Translations under genes and position numbers: made by a program | Part shown: positions 29,159 to 44,180 of the stretch, piece after piece | Numbering within the stretch: position 1 is the first letter of the stretch | Layout: each line of letters starts with the position of its first letter | Notes under the pieces: model-generated | The model's input: the letters and a program-made list of their open reading frames with translations, nothing else | What the model was told of the DNA's origin: nothing | Databases searched by the model: none | Assembly (NCBI GenBank): GCA_964016885.1 | Contig: OZ024742.1 | Location: 359,228,001-359,292,000 of the forward strand | Origin: Eledone cirrhosa | Lineage: Eukaryota | Length of the DNA: 64,000 nucleotides | Direction: 5' to 3'

Positions 29159-30143
29159 TATACCCCAAAACTGAAGAAGATAACACACAGAACAACTCCA
29201 ATGCAAGTGCACATGTAATCGAGGAAAGCATATATCGAGCCACATGCATGCTGTTTCTTTTTTTTTAAGTTGTCTAAAGGAAGGTGAGAGAATGATGGGA
29301 AAGGGAAGACATAATTCTCGTTCTGGTTGAACTCCGTTTCATATTGTCTAAGACATGCTGAAAATAATTACATGTATGCTGAGTGACAAGGGCGTAATTG
29401 TTGAAACTTACAGTTTATACCATTTCATATCCTTGATCCAGGTGGGAATTACAAGGGAAAGTATTGAAACGATCCCTTCTTTAGGATTTTCTCACGTCTT
29501 GTACGAATGATTTATTATGCATGTCCAACTTAAGAAGACATTGAGAGTACAATGAAATGGGTATGTCCCTAAACAGCTACTTCAAATCTGCGTTTTTTAT
29601 CAACACTAATTTAAACAGGACCCAGCTCTTTGCAGAGGTAATCGCTGTTAATTTCCAAGATTATTTACTCTTGAGTTGTCGAAACATGTTGCCAAATATT
29701 TCCATCTTTCAATATGTCTTGGAAAAATGTAACTAGCCTGATGGAAGAGATTGGTTTGCAGACGATATTTCGTTACGGCAATGATCAATCGACGTAGGTG
29801 TATGCTTGTGTCGGTGAAGCACAAAGAATTATGTATTTGGGGTGATCTTGTAAGCCATTCACAGCACCATAACTGCTCCTTCATTCCATGGAAACAATCA
29901 AAGAATTATCATCAGGAGAATATAAGTTTACTTTATCAATGTATTCATATATTTCGTCCACTCCACCTCCAGCTCTTCCTCTCACACATCGTCACTCTTA
30001 CAATTTCTATTCCTTGACGTATAGAAATAACATTTAGGTTACGGTGTAGTATTGCAGGTTACTTCAGGGAGATGCTTGTAACAAGGTGTGGTGTGAGAGT
30101 TGACGTATTTAGAGAGGGGTTTGTTTCGGATATATATATATAT

Positions 30144-30177
<34 letters not shown>

Positions 30178-30295
30178 TGGTGGTGAAACCGAGAGGACCA
30201 CTAATCATGGAAGTACTCAATACACGGGAAGAGTCAGAGTAGTTATAGAGCTATGTAAAATCCCGTCACAAACTGAAACCGAAATGATCATATTT

Positions 30296-30511
30296 TCGTA
30301 ATAGGCAGGTCGTAATAGTAAGAATTAGGTAGTAATTGGTAGAATTAGGTCGTAATAGGTAGAATTAGGTCGTAATAGGTAGAATTAGGTCGTAATAGGT
30401 AGAATTAGGTCGTAATAGGTAGAATTAGGTCGTAATAGGAAGAATTAGGTCGTAATTGGTAGAATTAGGTCGTAATAGGAAGAATTAGGTCGTAATTGGT
30501 AGAATTAGGTC
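30296..30511. repeat. 20-bp tandem repeat (gtcgtaataggtagaattag), about 10 units
   Basis: Direct observation. Confidence 0.95.
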
Positions 30512-30582
30512 CGCGGTTGATGCATTTCTTTAACCAGAATAAAGTAACTTAATGTGAGATCTGCGATTTTGTAACGTTAAGT

Positions 30583-31170
30583 CAGAGGTTCTCAAAGTGG
30601 GCGCTACCACCCCCGGGGCCATTGAGAAGGTCAAGGGGGTGCTGGAGTCTAAGGAAGTGGCGGGTAGTAAAGAAAAAGGGAGCGTTGGGAAGAAGAGAGA
30701 GGTTGTAAGTGTCATTCCATCCATGCAAGTGAAAGGGCCCGTGTGAAAACTTTACGATATGGAGCGACGATTTAATGATCTGTTTGCTGTTCGAGACCCT
30801 GAATGGATTGTCAACTCCTTCGTTAGTATAGGTGGAGAAGAGAGTGGAGAGTTAGAAAAGTAGCTGTAACTCTTCAAAATGACATTGAGTTGAAGCATAA
30901 ATTCCGCAAGTCTATCAAGCATTTTGGCTGCAAATGGTTATCTGTGACGGCCATCCGGACTTTTGGAAGAAAACCAAATTGTTCTTCTCTACCTTTCCAA
31001 CATCATATTTGGTTGAGAGAGGATTCGCTGCAGCCACTCGCCTTCTTACAAAACAGCGACGCAAGCTCCGAATTAAGGAGCGTGGAAATCTCAGACTTAT
31101 TCTTAGTACAATTCAGTCTGAAATAAAGAAGCTACTTTCACTTCATCGACCTCAACCTTCTCATTGAACC
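30583..31170 (+). mobile_element. Internally deleted hAT (Buster/Charlie-like) DNA transposon remnant
   Basis: TIR-like cagaggttctcaaagtgg; C-terminal dimerisation motif FPTSYLVERGFAA...LLTKQR..L.I..RGNLRL.L...QPSH*. Confidence 0.8.
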
Positions 31171-34064
31171 CTCTCCCCAAAATCTACCTGGATGGGCTGT
31201 TTTAACGGTATATTATTGACTCTCCTATATGCCTTGTAAATTTGTGCATTAAGAATATATTAGCATATGTAGAATGGTTTCGTTTTTGGCGGTGAATTGG
31301 GGTACGCTATGTAATTATTATTTATTATTCCAGTGTATTACTGGTGCTTTATTTTATCGACCCCGTAAGGATCAAAAGCAAAGTTTACCCTTCGAGGTAA
31401 ATTTGCCTTTCATCCTTACGGGGTCTATAAAATAAAGCAACAGTAATACACTGGAATAATTGCTGGCCTTGTGCCAAAAGTAGAAACAATTATTTATTAT
31501 TTATGCATTTATGATATCATTATAGTATTGTATAGATATGAGATAATAGTATATTAAATATCAAATGATACATATTATATATAAATATAGTAAAATAAAA
31601 ATATATAATATTTATTTATACATAGTATATATTATATTATTTAATATATATAAATTAACTATTTTATTTATTATATATTATTTACAACTTGCGTGTAGGC
31701 AGGTCTCTCTGGAAATAGAGGTGGGGTGCTGATGGTATTATGTGGCCGTGAGGCGGGTGGTGGCTCCAAAAGTATGAGAATTTCTGTGATAAATGAAGCT
31801 TTACAGATTTGCAATCTCATTTGTTGGTATTTTACAAAACAAGGTTTACTCTGAACATACAAACCTGAAATAATTTGGCACATAAAACAAGTAAAATTTT
31901 ACATAAAGTACATATTCCTGTTGTCAGGTACCTGAAACTCGTATGTTTGAGTGGAATGTGTGTATATACCAAATAAATTAATTGAGAATAACGTTTAACT
32001 GTGTCTTTCGTAATTTTAGAGGTGCAGAGATTTCTTATGAATTTGGCGATAAGTGAACATTGGGTGTTAGAATGTAGAGAGATTATTTTTGTTTAAATTA
32101 GTTGTAGATTATGTAAACTGAAAATTAGTTTCTAACATCTTCGTCTCCGTATTTCACATTGTTAGCTTATATTTATTGTTGGTTTATTCCCTGGTTTTCA
32201 TATTTCATAGATACTTTTCTCCTGACAGAATCATTTGAGTGTTATATAAAATACCTGAGTATTTGTTACGATACTCTTCTCTTTGAGAACAACATTGACC
32301 TTCACCCTTTCAGACTCAATAAAAAAAGTACCACTCAAGTGTCAGTGGTATGGAGGTTATTTTTATATTTTGAGGGAATGCTTTGCCGTGCATGGTTCAT
32401 TTCGTTGCATTATGATTTGAAACCTCACCTCCTTTCTGTCAGGTTTGCAGCCGCCAGATTATAATGGAACGATCAATAGAAACAGTTTCCTTTGTCTTAT
32501 CTCGTAATTGTTTTCTCTCCCTTCCTTCAATTTACTAATGGACCTGATGATCCGTAGTTTCTAAAGATTCTATACAAGAATATCTGGTTTTAATGCTGAC
32601 CTTAAAATATACAGCTTTCCTCTTATAAGCTACACAGAGATATGGATTATTATTTTTTACATATCTTATATATTATATTAGATACATATGCATTTCTTCA
32701 TTTCTTCATTAAGTATTCATTGTTTAGACAAATATTAAGTTATTCTAATGGAAGAATGATATATATTTTTGCTTTCATGTTGTGCTTTTAGAATAATATA
32801 ACCAAAATTCATAAATCTAAAAGTAAGTAGTATGTAATTGCAAATTAGATGAATGATATTTTTATATGGTAAAATGACAGAGAGAATGATATTGATGAAA
32901 TAGACTGTTTTTAATATTCCTACACTGAAGAAAGCGAAAAGTATCATAAGAAAAATGCTGCCAAGATTACTTTTAAACATTCATTCAGTGATTTAAAATT
33001 TATGCGTGCCAACAATATACTTCAGTTTAACAATGGAATTATTCAATACAGAAGAATACATCTTAAATTTCAATGGAAATTGTAAATAGATATGAAATCG
33101 TAGATAATAGAATTAAAATGAAAAGATAGATGTACATAATTTTAAAGAAGTTGTGCTTTCACAAATTCAAAACATTTCAAAATAATGGAAGAAAATATAT
33201 TGATTTTTTCCCGAGTGTAGCATAATATTAGAGGGAGAAGGAACATAAACTATTTCTAACTGTTTATAGAAATAAAAAATATTTTGTGACATATGTATGC
33301 AAATATACATTTCTAAAACAGATGTGAAAAAGAAGAAACACTGTAAATATAATTTAGAATTGATGTTCTGTTTATAAAAAGAAAACATATAAACAGCAAT
33401 TAATTATTTAATGCGACATTTGACATGATTTTACCAATGTAAAATTAATTAAAGAGATGCAGTTATTACCCCCTCCCCTCCACACACACACTCACACCAC
33501 CACCACCACCCAAAAGACAAAGCCATATGAACTATTTTGTTTAATTCTTTTAAATATATTTTGTATTTTGTTTGATGCTGGAACCATTTATTTTCAATAT
33601 GGCGTCTCCCGTAATATAAATTTCCATCATTTTAATAGTTATGCTTCCTTTAGATTTCCTTTGATGCACAACGGTTGCCCTTGTCATGCACTTTCTTATC
33701 TTTTATATCTTTAATTGGAATGAGAGAATGAGTGCCCGGGATCGTGTTTAGGCCCCGTTGAGTCCGAAGGAAAAAAGGGAGGCATGTGTCCTTTTACCAG
33801 AGATCTGACCAGGTTGGTGGTAGCATCGTGGCCTTCACTAATGGTAATTTATAAACAGGTGGCACACAAAGTGGTGGGTTAATCTGGTGGATTATCTAAT
33901 TGTGTCACATCTTTGTACTCGGAACAAGAAATACGGAACTAATAACAAAATGGGTGTAGTTCGACGCTCTAACAGTTCCACCACTCACTATATTGCTAGT
34001 ATAGTTCCTCCACCCCAAATAAATATGTGTTATGATTATTTTATTTGTATCAACTTAATGTAAA

Positions 34065-34400
34065 GGCGAATGGCTTAGTAGGTAAAGCTTTAGGTTTGCT
34101 TGCAACTGAGAAGTTGTGAGTTCGATTCTCAGACTGGGTGATGCGTTGAGTCCTTGAGCAAGACACTTTATTTCACATTGCTCCAGTTTACTCAGCAGTA
34201 GAAATCAGCTGTGATGTCACTGGAGCAAAGCTGTATCGGCCATTGCCTTTCTCTTGTACATCATCGGTGTCGTGGAGAGGGGAGACTGGTATGCATGGCT
34301 AATTGCTGGTTTTGCACAAATAAAACTTGCCAAGACTTGTGCCTTGGAAGGAAACTTTCTAGGTGTAAAACCATGGTCATTTGTGACCAATGGAGGCCTT
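34065..34400 (+). mobile_element. tRNA-derived SINE family 2, full copy
   Basis: Colinear with 22359-22540 plus 23565-23780. Confidence 0.75.
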
Positions 34401-37400
34401 TCATCAATTTAATATATATAAATTCCTTTATAAATGGATACAAATGTTTTCATATAATATTCTTCAATAAGCTACAATATTTTAGTTAGATAAAAACTAA
34501 CGTGTATATAGAGAACATAGAGGAGAGTTTATAAATTCAGCCCATGTTCTTGGATCAGATTTGCATCGAAAATGATGCTTTCGTGTATTTATAATATATT
34601 ACATATCCTTAAATATATTTGGCTTAAGAAACTTAGCTGCAGGATTATGATCTTTGCTAAGAAGGCAGGATCAGAACTGATGTTATTGACGAAAGAATAT
34701 CCGAATCTCACAGCGTATTTCTTCGGTTATAATTCAAAGGAGATTCCTTGAAATTTGTAGAATGTTTGCTCATATTTTTGTATAATTTTAAAAGCCTAAT
34801 TACTCTGTCATTCGCAGCAAAGCACCAACTTGTTTATATGGCAAAGGGATAAGATAATATAATCTGTACATTGTACGGAGTTTATAAGGTTGTGATATTT
34901 CTGACTGTGTTGCAAGATTATAAGAGGTATGAATCAATGTATATCTGGTAAGACATGAAAATAAACCACTCGTTCAGTTACCGTTATATTCTAACATCGT
35001 TTACGGTAAAGATAATATATACATTATTGAAACACATCTGTAGATTCCTGTATTCTAACCATATTTAAAGTGTGGAAGTTGAAGAAGAGTACAAACAAAT
35101 GACTAAATTGTCATATCCAATTATGAAAAATATATTTTGGTTACTATTTTGAGGAGAAAATGTGCAAATTTGCAAATAAAATAATTAGATAAAGGTAAAC
35201 ATCAAAAACATATTATTGATAATGTAATTAAAGACAATATTTATATCTTGTATAGTTATATATCCTGTCCTTTAGGTCCCGGCAAGTTTCCTAGATGATC
35301 TTGTTTCTAACTTTAAATATAAATTGTGTTATTCATATTTATAGTGGCAGTTTATTGATAGCGTCCACGTAATATCTCAATCACATTTTATTGTATAACA
35401 ACACCAACAATAGATTACATTAAAACTATTTGAGACAACGGAGAATATACTAAGAACAGAATAGAATTATTAGAGTATTATTTCTGCTGTATATTCTGTA
35501 GTTGTTTGGTCCCATATAAACCGTGATCAAATATATGTGCTCAAATGTCTTTTAGCTGGTATTATACCATAGATTTAGGGCATCTAAGATTACCTTATCA
35601 AAGGTGTCCTTTATTTTCTAAAGATAATAGAGTATATTAAACAGATATTTGTATGATATCTCTTCACGGTTCTGTGACCATGTAGAGTTTTCCTTTTTTC
35701 AGATTTATTTCAGTGAACTCGGCACAAAAACCAAAAGACACAATATATAGTAAGGAAAACCTGTAATGATGATTTCAATAACGGTAGTAGTAATAATATT
35801 CTCATATGCAATAATAATTGTTTCTACTTTTTGCACAAGGCCAGCAATTACCCAGTGCATTACTAGTACTTTATTTTATCGACCCCGTAAGGATGAAAGG
35901 CAAAGTAAACCTCATATGCATTAATAATGACTTGGATATTAACTGTAGCAATAGACATATTTATTATAAATGGGGAAATGCCATTTATAGATAAAGTGTG
36001 CATCGTAGTCAAAAGTTAGAATATGTGTTGTAGAGTGGATAGAAAATACATCAAATTGAATTGGACAAAATTGACAATCTCATGCTGTAATGCCGTATGT
36101 CATATTTTCTTCATAAAGTTCTCATGAAAAATCCTTTTAAAACACTCTGCAAATCAGCTACTTCTATACACTACTTGAAATATATGCAAAAGAAGTATTC
36201 CTGAAAAAGTAATGGAATTTGTTGATTTGTCCCTTTCAGCAAAGTGCAGAGTTTTCACTCAATTTAATAATAAAAAAAGAAACGAAGAAATCTACAACAC
36301 CGTTTATATATGTAGATTTAAAGAAGTGAATATGAGGAAAATAACACTATACCATTGCAAGTCATATGAGTATGTATATGTGTGTGTGTAGACAACGAAT
36401 ATAAATTTAATTCTTTCTAGAAGCAAGTACTTGACACAGAAGTTGAAGATATCAAGTAGTATCCATGATATAAGTGGAATTATCACATTTCACACTAAGC
36501 ATACACTAACAAATGAAAACCTAAAGCATAACATTTCTCTATATACGTATTACCAAATGTTTATAATGCTATTATCAAAAAATAGCAAAGTTTGATTGCT
36601 GCTGTTAAATAAATAAGTTTTAGCGATAACTATCTTGAGGAAGACATAGTAAAGGAAAATATTATTAATCATTATAAGTATAGAAGTTAGACGAAAAAGT
36701 GTTATATATAATTTATAGCAGTCTCTCTACCAATATATTTTTACAAGCTTTCTGTTAACACTCTAACAAATCTTGTTATTAATCTGGAATATAGTATATA
36801 ATTCATATTATACATACGGCTCTTTTCTATCCATTACAATCGTTCGATAATTGGAAAGGAGAAAATAAGAATAATTTGTGAAGCTTTAATTTTATATAAA
36901 TATCTTTACTTTCTGTATCGAGTACTGTATTTCGTCATGTCCAGTCTGTTTATATTTATATATATTGACTGTAGCTCTTTACCAAGTATAGAACATTCCA
37001 CACGGATGGAATAATACAATCTGAATATAAGAATTCACAACATAAATATATCTACTGTGAATTCGCACTATTACATCAATAACATATTTGAAATGTCTCA
37101 TTCAAAACACTCTGTATTAGCTAATGGCGGGATTATTACTTTATTATATCAACACGAGAATAATTTATAGATAATGTTTTCTGATTTATAACACAAAGGA
37201 ATCAATTAACTGATAAAGAGACAAAACTGATTCAAGTGGATCTTTATCATATTGTAAAAAAAATACCAAATGCCGGGAATTTACAAAAATTTCGATACCG
37301 CTTTAAAAACACCATAAGTCTTTTTGTAATTATAATGAAATTTGTTTCGTTCGACAAGATAAAATTATCTTGACAGTTAGACTGCCATTCATATAAAATA

Positions 37401-38029
37401 GTTTTATCAAATTTTATCACTAACATATATAGCATTTCTAGAATCAACACGGCGAATTCTACTTTAATCAGCTCAGTGTCACAAAACCTAACATAGATGA
37501 AAGCTCACACACATAAACCTTAAGGCATAAAGATCACAAATTATGGTTTATTTATAATCATAAATGTAGATTAATAAAGTCCGCAAAATCTGAATTTAAT
37601 TAAGAAAAAAAAACGAATTCAATTATGAACCATAATGCATGCAGTTATTCTCCGAATAAAAGGAAACCCTCCGTAGTTTAAGATAAAGTGTTCGTAGGAT
37701 TCACAATAAAATGGTTTGTTATATATTCAGCTAATTATCGCAACATTTGGAGTTTGCAAATACAATTATGACAATAACCACGTCCAGAATTAATAATTTC
37801 CGTTCATTGGTGATCCCAGATGAAGCCATATATATAAATGCCTCCGACCATTATAACCTGTTTTCTAGGATCAGACGTTTTTCTGAAACGGCATGATATA
37901 TAACTAGAACGCAATTAATAATATTTTATGATAATATGGTGCGTTGAATGTAGCCGTAAAAGCATCATTTGGTCTTAATTCAACCTTTTAACACTTTATA
38001 AAGAACCATGGTCATGTGGTTATAATGTC

Positions 38030-38226
38030 TCATGAAAATTTGATGGACAGATAGAAGGCCCAGGTGCTGACCACAAGCAAGATGGTTGGATAACATCGAT
38101 GAGCTTGGCTGGTCATGCCTGGGGATCCAGACGGAGCAGTTGAAGACGGTTGCTTCTGACAAGGCCCGTTGGAAGGAGTGTTTGGGGACCCTGTCAGAAG
38201 AAGAAGAAGAAGAAGAAGAAGAAGAA
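38030..38226 (+). mobile_element. RTE-like LINE extreme 3' end with (GAA)n tail
   Basis: RRPRC.PQARWLDNIDEL.W..LGI....L..VASD.ARW followed by GAA repeats. Confidence 0.65.
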
Positions 38227-38794
38227 CCACGAATCCACTGAAATCTTCAAATAGAATTGTTATGAGAGAAATCATTCTATGATAACTTTAGAAGTTCCAT
38301 GAGCAGTTACAATGCTAATCATCTGTTTAACACAACCAATTCATGTCCTCCATACATGTAACTGTATCAGTGGGTTATTTGTTAGGCAAATTCCTTATAC
38401 TGCGCTAACGAATACTTAGATAACAACCCTAGAAGAGGTTCGTACTGTGGGATGTCTGGGCATGATTTTCAAATTTGGAGTTATAAGCCTATCAATCTCA
38501 TAATTAGCCGATAAACAATAGTTTCACAATCGCATTGTAGAACCATATTCGGCTCCTGAGAGACATCGTGCCCATATATTTTTATACGCATTAAATCGAT
38601 CTTTCATCTAGTATCTTGATGACGTTATACAAGTTGTCTTTCAAATTTCCGTTAGCAATTGTGTATACCTCTAAAGTTGGGAATTTTTCTCGAAGTATTT
38701 TAAGATTTGAACTTAACTTTTAGTCTTTAATCTTCTTTTCAATATGCTATGAAAGTTTGTTATTCTATGGATATGCTTAACCGATAAACATAAA

Positions 38795-39251
38795 GTATAA
38801 GTTAACATGTTAAAATTTATTTCGTTTATTCATAGTCGCTGTTATATATATTTCGGTGATAATCATTTTGCAACAGCTATGACCTCATCGGACAGCTAGA
38901 ATTTGAACAGAAAAATAAAGAAATATAATATGAAATAAAGCTTCATTCTGTTGTTTTGATTCATTGATATGTTCCGGGATGAATTTTTGTGTTGCTTCTC
39001 AAGTCAATGGTAGCATATATATGTGTATATGCTACCTTTGCCTTGAGAAAACAACACCAAATTTCAGCACAGAGCATATAAAAAAAAGATCGAAATAACA
39101 GAAGTAAGCTTTATTCCACTGTTTTTTTTTCTGTTTTATGTTCAAATTCTAGATGTCTGATGAGGTCATAGATGTTGCATAATGTTTTCGCTGAAATATG
39201 TATAACAGCGACTATGAATAACCGAAATTAATTTTAACCTGTTGTCTTACA
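38795..39251. mobile_element. Fold-back element of about 460 bp with divergent HHRs on both strands
   Basis: Diverged inverted arms centred on ggtagcatatatatgtgtatatgctacc; HHR on + at 39154-39209 (CTGATGA) and on - at 38837-38895 (CCGATGA). Confidence 0.8.
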
Positions 39252-39363
39252 CTTCTTATTTATAAATATACTCCGGCGTAAATTGATCCACCTGCGCACT
39301 TCGTCAAGTGTTCTATCCTGCATTCTGAGGTGTCGGTAACTAACCAACACATACTCGAATTAA

Positions 39364-39407
<44 letters not shown>

Positions 39408-39762
39408 GAGAGGAAAAAGATTTCTTTCAATAGAAAATACCTGAAGAGATTCTTTCAGTATAATATCAAAGCATTTATTGATAAAGTGGATATTTCCGCA
39501 TTTAATAATACCGGTTTCAGCATTGTATGCTTTTTAAACTGTGGATATGTATAATGCAGTTATGTTGCATATTTAAACGAATAATAAAAGGGGGAAGAAC
39601 ATTTATTAGTTTTAACATACATATTTAGAGAGGAGAGTTTATATGTATATATATATAAAATAAATATATGTATATAAATATATAAAACAAATATATATAT
39701 ATATATATTTGTTTTTCAAGGTTTTTGATATGAAATCGTGTGTTGAAACACATATTGTTATA

Positions 39763-39978
39763 CTTGGGGAGGGGCATATTGTTATAATATAGCCAGAAAT
39801 AATAACAGAACACACTCACTGTTTGGTTTGCGTTGGTTTTCGCTTGATAAACTTTTATTGCCAAATAAATTAACTATGGAGATATAAAAGATATAGAAGC
39901 GAAAACCAACCCAAACCAAACAGTGAGTGTGTTCTGTTATTATTTCTGGCAATATTATAACAATATGACCCTTCCAAT
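39763..39978. repeat. Inverted repeat with roughly 80 bp arms and a roughly 50 bp spacer
   Basis: catattgttataatat.gccagaaataataacagaacacactcactgtttggttt and its reverse complement. Confidence 0.85.
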
Positions 39979-40032
39979 CTGCATACAGTCGTGTCGGTAA
40001 ACAACAAACATATACTCAAAATTTATATATAT

Positions 40033-40295
40033 AAATGGAAAAAATTAAACGAAATTTCATTTCTCACTCTTAGTACGTCTGTTACTTAAATATAAGTATG
40101 TATATGTACATACATATTTGTATACAGACGTACAGTAGTATGTATATATATACATGCACACATATATATATGTACGTATGGATTCACCGAACATTTATTA
40201 TAATGCTCGGTTTGTTTGTAAACAAACATCCCGAATTAAGCCGTACAGTGTTTAGCAACCATCGTTGCCCTTTTGTTCAACACTGACAAAGGAAC
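40033..40295 (-). mobile_element. Truncated copy of the HHR cassette family at 62960-63455
   Basis: Colinear similarity; TA-flanked. Confidence 0.7.
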
Positions 40296-40313
40296 GATAT
40301 ATATATATATATA

Positions 40314-40379
<66 letters not shown>

Positions 40380-40382
<3 letters not shown>

Positions 40383-43300
40383 AACCTAACCCTAACATAC
40401 AGGTAACCCATTTTTAAAACAAACTAAAACTCACACACCACACTCACAACAAATAACAAAATGTATCAAAACGTCCAACATACTCCCAGCAAAACTATGA
40501 CGATAATCCCAGAACCGATAGACAAAACTATAACCCTAATAAAAAAAAAACTGAATGTCCCCCAACACAAGACAGGACCCTATCCGCAGATCACAACCCA
40601 CACAAAACCTATTCCAAAACCGTAGACCCCAACCCACACAAAGGAACAAAATTTACAACCCGGACCATCAACAAACCGAACCTCAATACGTCCGAAACTT
40701 CTATAAAAAACCACACAACATCGGAAAGGCCATTAGATATAATAATACCCATGAAAAAACAATTCACAAAAATCGTTTTTTATACCAAGGCTACAGGACC
40801 CACGACACCCGGTGGTACAAACCGATTTTGAAAAACCTAAAATAATCAACCTTTCAAATACAATCTTCTCAGCCCAACAAATTAAAATTCTCTCCAAAGG
40901 ACTGAAATTCACACGAACACCACAATACTCTAACCTTAATGAGATAAATGACGATATCTCACACTTCTGTAGAAAATTACGTCTCACAGAGGAATTCTTT
41001 GACAAGGAGAATAAAAACCAATCAATTGTACGGAATAAAAGCAGCTACAACCCCAAAAAGGCTAGGAACAGAGTTCTGGACAAATTTTCTGACCTCATAG
41101 TAACTTTTCCATACCATTAACTATGCGCAACCTAAACCCAAACCCAACACGAGTAGAAGGGAATGGAAGATTATCCATGAACTAAAAAACAATACTGAAA
41201 GTACAATTAAGGAAGCGGACAAGAGATGTACTGTCGTCAATATGGATGCTGAACAATATAAAAATTCTATGTTCTCCCTCTTACAAGATACTAACTACTA
41301 TGAAAGAGTAAAAAGCTACCAGCAATCAAAAACGATGACCAGATTAAACACATTCATTTGACGAGTCCAGGAAGACTTAACTAAAAAGGAACGCGATTAT
41401 TTAACACATTTTGAATACAAAACCAGCAACCTTTACGGACCTTCGAAGATCCACAAGTGTAAAATAATTAACAATAGCGGTAAACAATCCACCACAACCT
41501 GCGTTAACACACAACACCCCACATACCTTAAATTAACACCAATTGTAGCGGGCCCACAATGTGAAACACACAGACTGAGCAACTTTATAGACATACTACT
41601 AAAACCAATTCTCAAACACATAGCAAGCCTTGTAAGAGACGATCTGGACCTCTTTAAACCACCTCCCCAAACATGTCAACAACGACACTATTATTGTGTC
41701 TTTCGATGTAATAAATCTCTACACAGCAATCCCACACCAATACGGACTAGAAGCAATATGATTCTGGCTAGAGAAATATCCCAATGAGATACCTGACAGA
41801 ATAGAAAAAAGCTTCATCACCGAGGGATTAAAATTTATTTTACAGAACAACTTTTTTGATTTCGATGGCAGTATTTACAAGCAAATATCGGGGACTGCGA
41901 TGGGTACAAAATCCGCTCCAACTTATGCCAACTTAGTCATGGGATACTTAGAAGTCCAGATATATGAACAGTCCAAATCAAAATACGGATTTGAACTTCC
42001 ACAAATGTTTATAAGAGAATTTGAAACGCTACTTGGATGATTGTTTCATTCTTTGGTCTCACACACTCGACCAACTAAATGATTTCAAACATTTAATTAA
42101 CGGCATCAATAACCACATCCAATTCACAATTGAATACAGCCAAGATCAACTCCCATTTCTGGACATCTTAATCACAAAAAAGACACAAATATTGAAACTG
42201 ACATACACTACAAACCAACAGATTCCAAACAAACCTGCTATTCACCCCCGACCATCCAAAGCACATGAAGACGAATATCCCTTTTAATCTAGCAAGAAGA
42301 ATTTGCACAATTGTTTCCAATTGTGAAACGTGAATGAAAGACTTCAAGAAATAAAGGAAATTCTGCTCGAAAGACAGTACCCACCATTACTAATAAATAA
42401 TGGAATAGAAAGGGCTAAAGCAATAGGCATTGATGAATTACGAAAACAGAAATAAATTCAATGTACGTCCGATATTCTATCATATATCTCAACACACAAC
42501 CCATGAAATGCGGAAGTTTACAACATTATTCACAAGAACATGCCCCTATTGAAATAAGACCCAAGAATGTAAAAGGCCCTTGAAACACACAAAATAATCA
42601 AAAGCAAAAGACAAAAGAAATCACTAAAAACATTACTCACCAATGCCAAATTACCTACCTCAAACCCACAACCAACTGTCAAAAAATGTGGCCGCTCTAA
42701 TTGTGGAACCTGCACTCTTCTCATTGAAGGCAACATGTATACATTTCAATCAGGACAGAATTTTGCTGTAAAAAATCACTTCACTTGCTCATTAAAAAAT
42801 GTTCTTTATGCCATTAAATGTAAAGGATTCAATGAAGATTATATAGGACAAACTAAACTCACACTCAGAAACAGAATGACAATTCATCGCCAACAATTAC
42901 GAGACCCTACCACAAGACAGATACCACTCAGTGCACCTCTAGACATATGCACAAGTAATAAGACACCCAAATTCCAAGTCTTCCCATTTTATCTTTGCGC
43001 TGACAATACAACAGAACAAATACGAATAAATAAGGAAAATATGTTTATTCAAAAATATAGACCAGCATTAAATACAGTTTAATATACATTATGTCAACAC
43101 CATAACATGCTAACCATCCAAACAGGCACATACATACACACACACATAACATCTTTTATTTTCGAAAATAAAAACAAGAGCTAAATAAACTTTAACATAC
43201 GTTAATACTCAAACACCTCAACATGCTAAACACACCCCCACACACACATAACTCCCTCCCCCATTTCTACGAACGGAATCATTTTCCTACACACACAAAA

Positions 43301-44166
43301 GAATATATATATCTTCTCTCCATCTTAACATGCTAACCATACTCCCACACACACATATAACACCCATACACACACACACAACTCCCTCCGCCATTTCTAC
43401 TAATAGAATCATCTTCCTACACACACACACACACACACCAGCACACAAATAAACATACATATTTCTACTTTCTTTATTTCAATAGAAAGTCTGAATGTTG
43501 ACATCCCGGCACACCAGCCATATTCACTGAACCAGAACAATTCTCCCCATCCCGTTTTTCTTGACCATTATCTTTTGTTTGGCACAAAATTCTCTAAATG
43601 GCTACAAAAGAAATTCCCAAATACAGGCACGAAATTTAATGTAATCGTTCACGTGATAGTCATAATTTCATTTATAACCAATCAAATTACATTTATGAAA
43701 AAAGTCTTCGTGAGCCACTTTTTTTAAGTAAATAGAAATTTAACCACAAACTGGCGCGATAGCTGATGTGCTTCAACCAACCAAAATTCACTCATATATG
43801 AAAAAACAATCTGAGCCCCCCCCCCCCCCACCTTTTTTTTAAAGGCAAATATAATAAGAACTTTGTAACGCGAACTGGCGCGAAATTTATTATACTTATT
43901 CTCATGACAGTCATCAACCAACCAAATTACTTAGCATTTCAAGCCACTTTTTTCCATATGAAGCAGAAGTGAGAAAAATCACAAAACCTCCAGTTCAATT
44001 CTACTTTAGAAAAGTACAAGCACTGCGGAACCGGTAAAGGAACCAAATAAATATATTTAAAAAAAAACGACTCCAGTTTCATTTTCGATTTCAATTTTTT
44101 TCCTTATACTTTCACTCGTGTAAGACGCCTCGTTTTCTTTCATTTTGTAAAAAAGCCTCACTTTCT
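40380..44166 (+). mobile_element. Penelope-like element (Neptune-type), decayed RT plus GIY-YIG at about 40830-43082, with long 3' UTR/pLTR
   Basis: IINLS...LSKGLKF, IKEADK, LYG.SKIHK, SFDVINLYTAIP, QISGTAMGTKSAPTYANL, RYLDDCFILW, LPFLDI, KCGRSNCGTC linker, NVLYAIKC...YIGQT...KYRPALN. Confidence 0.92.
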
Positions 44167-44180
44167 TATATATATATATA

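Noticed and set aside
40383-40396. Telomere-like cctaaccctaac at the 5' end of the Neptune-like PLE
   Set aside because: Only about two units within a strongly C/A-biased strand; compatible with chance
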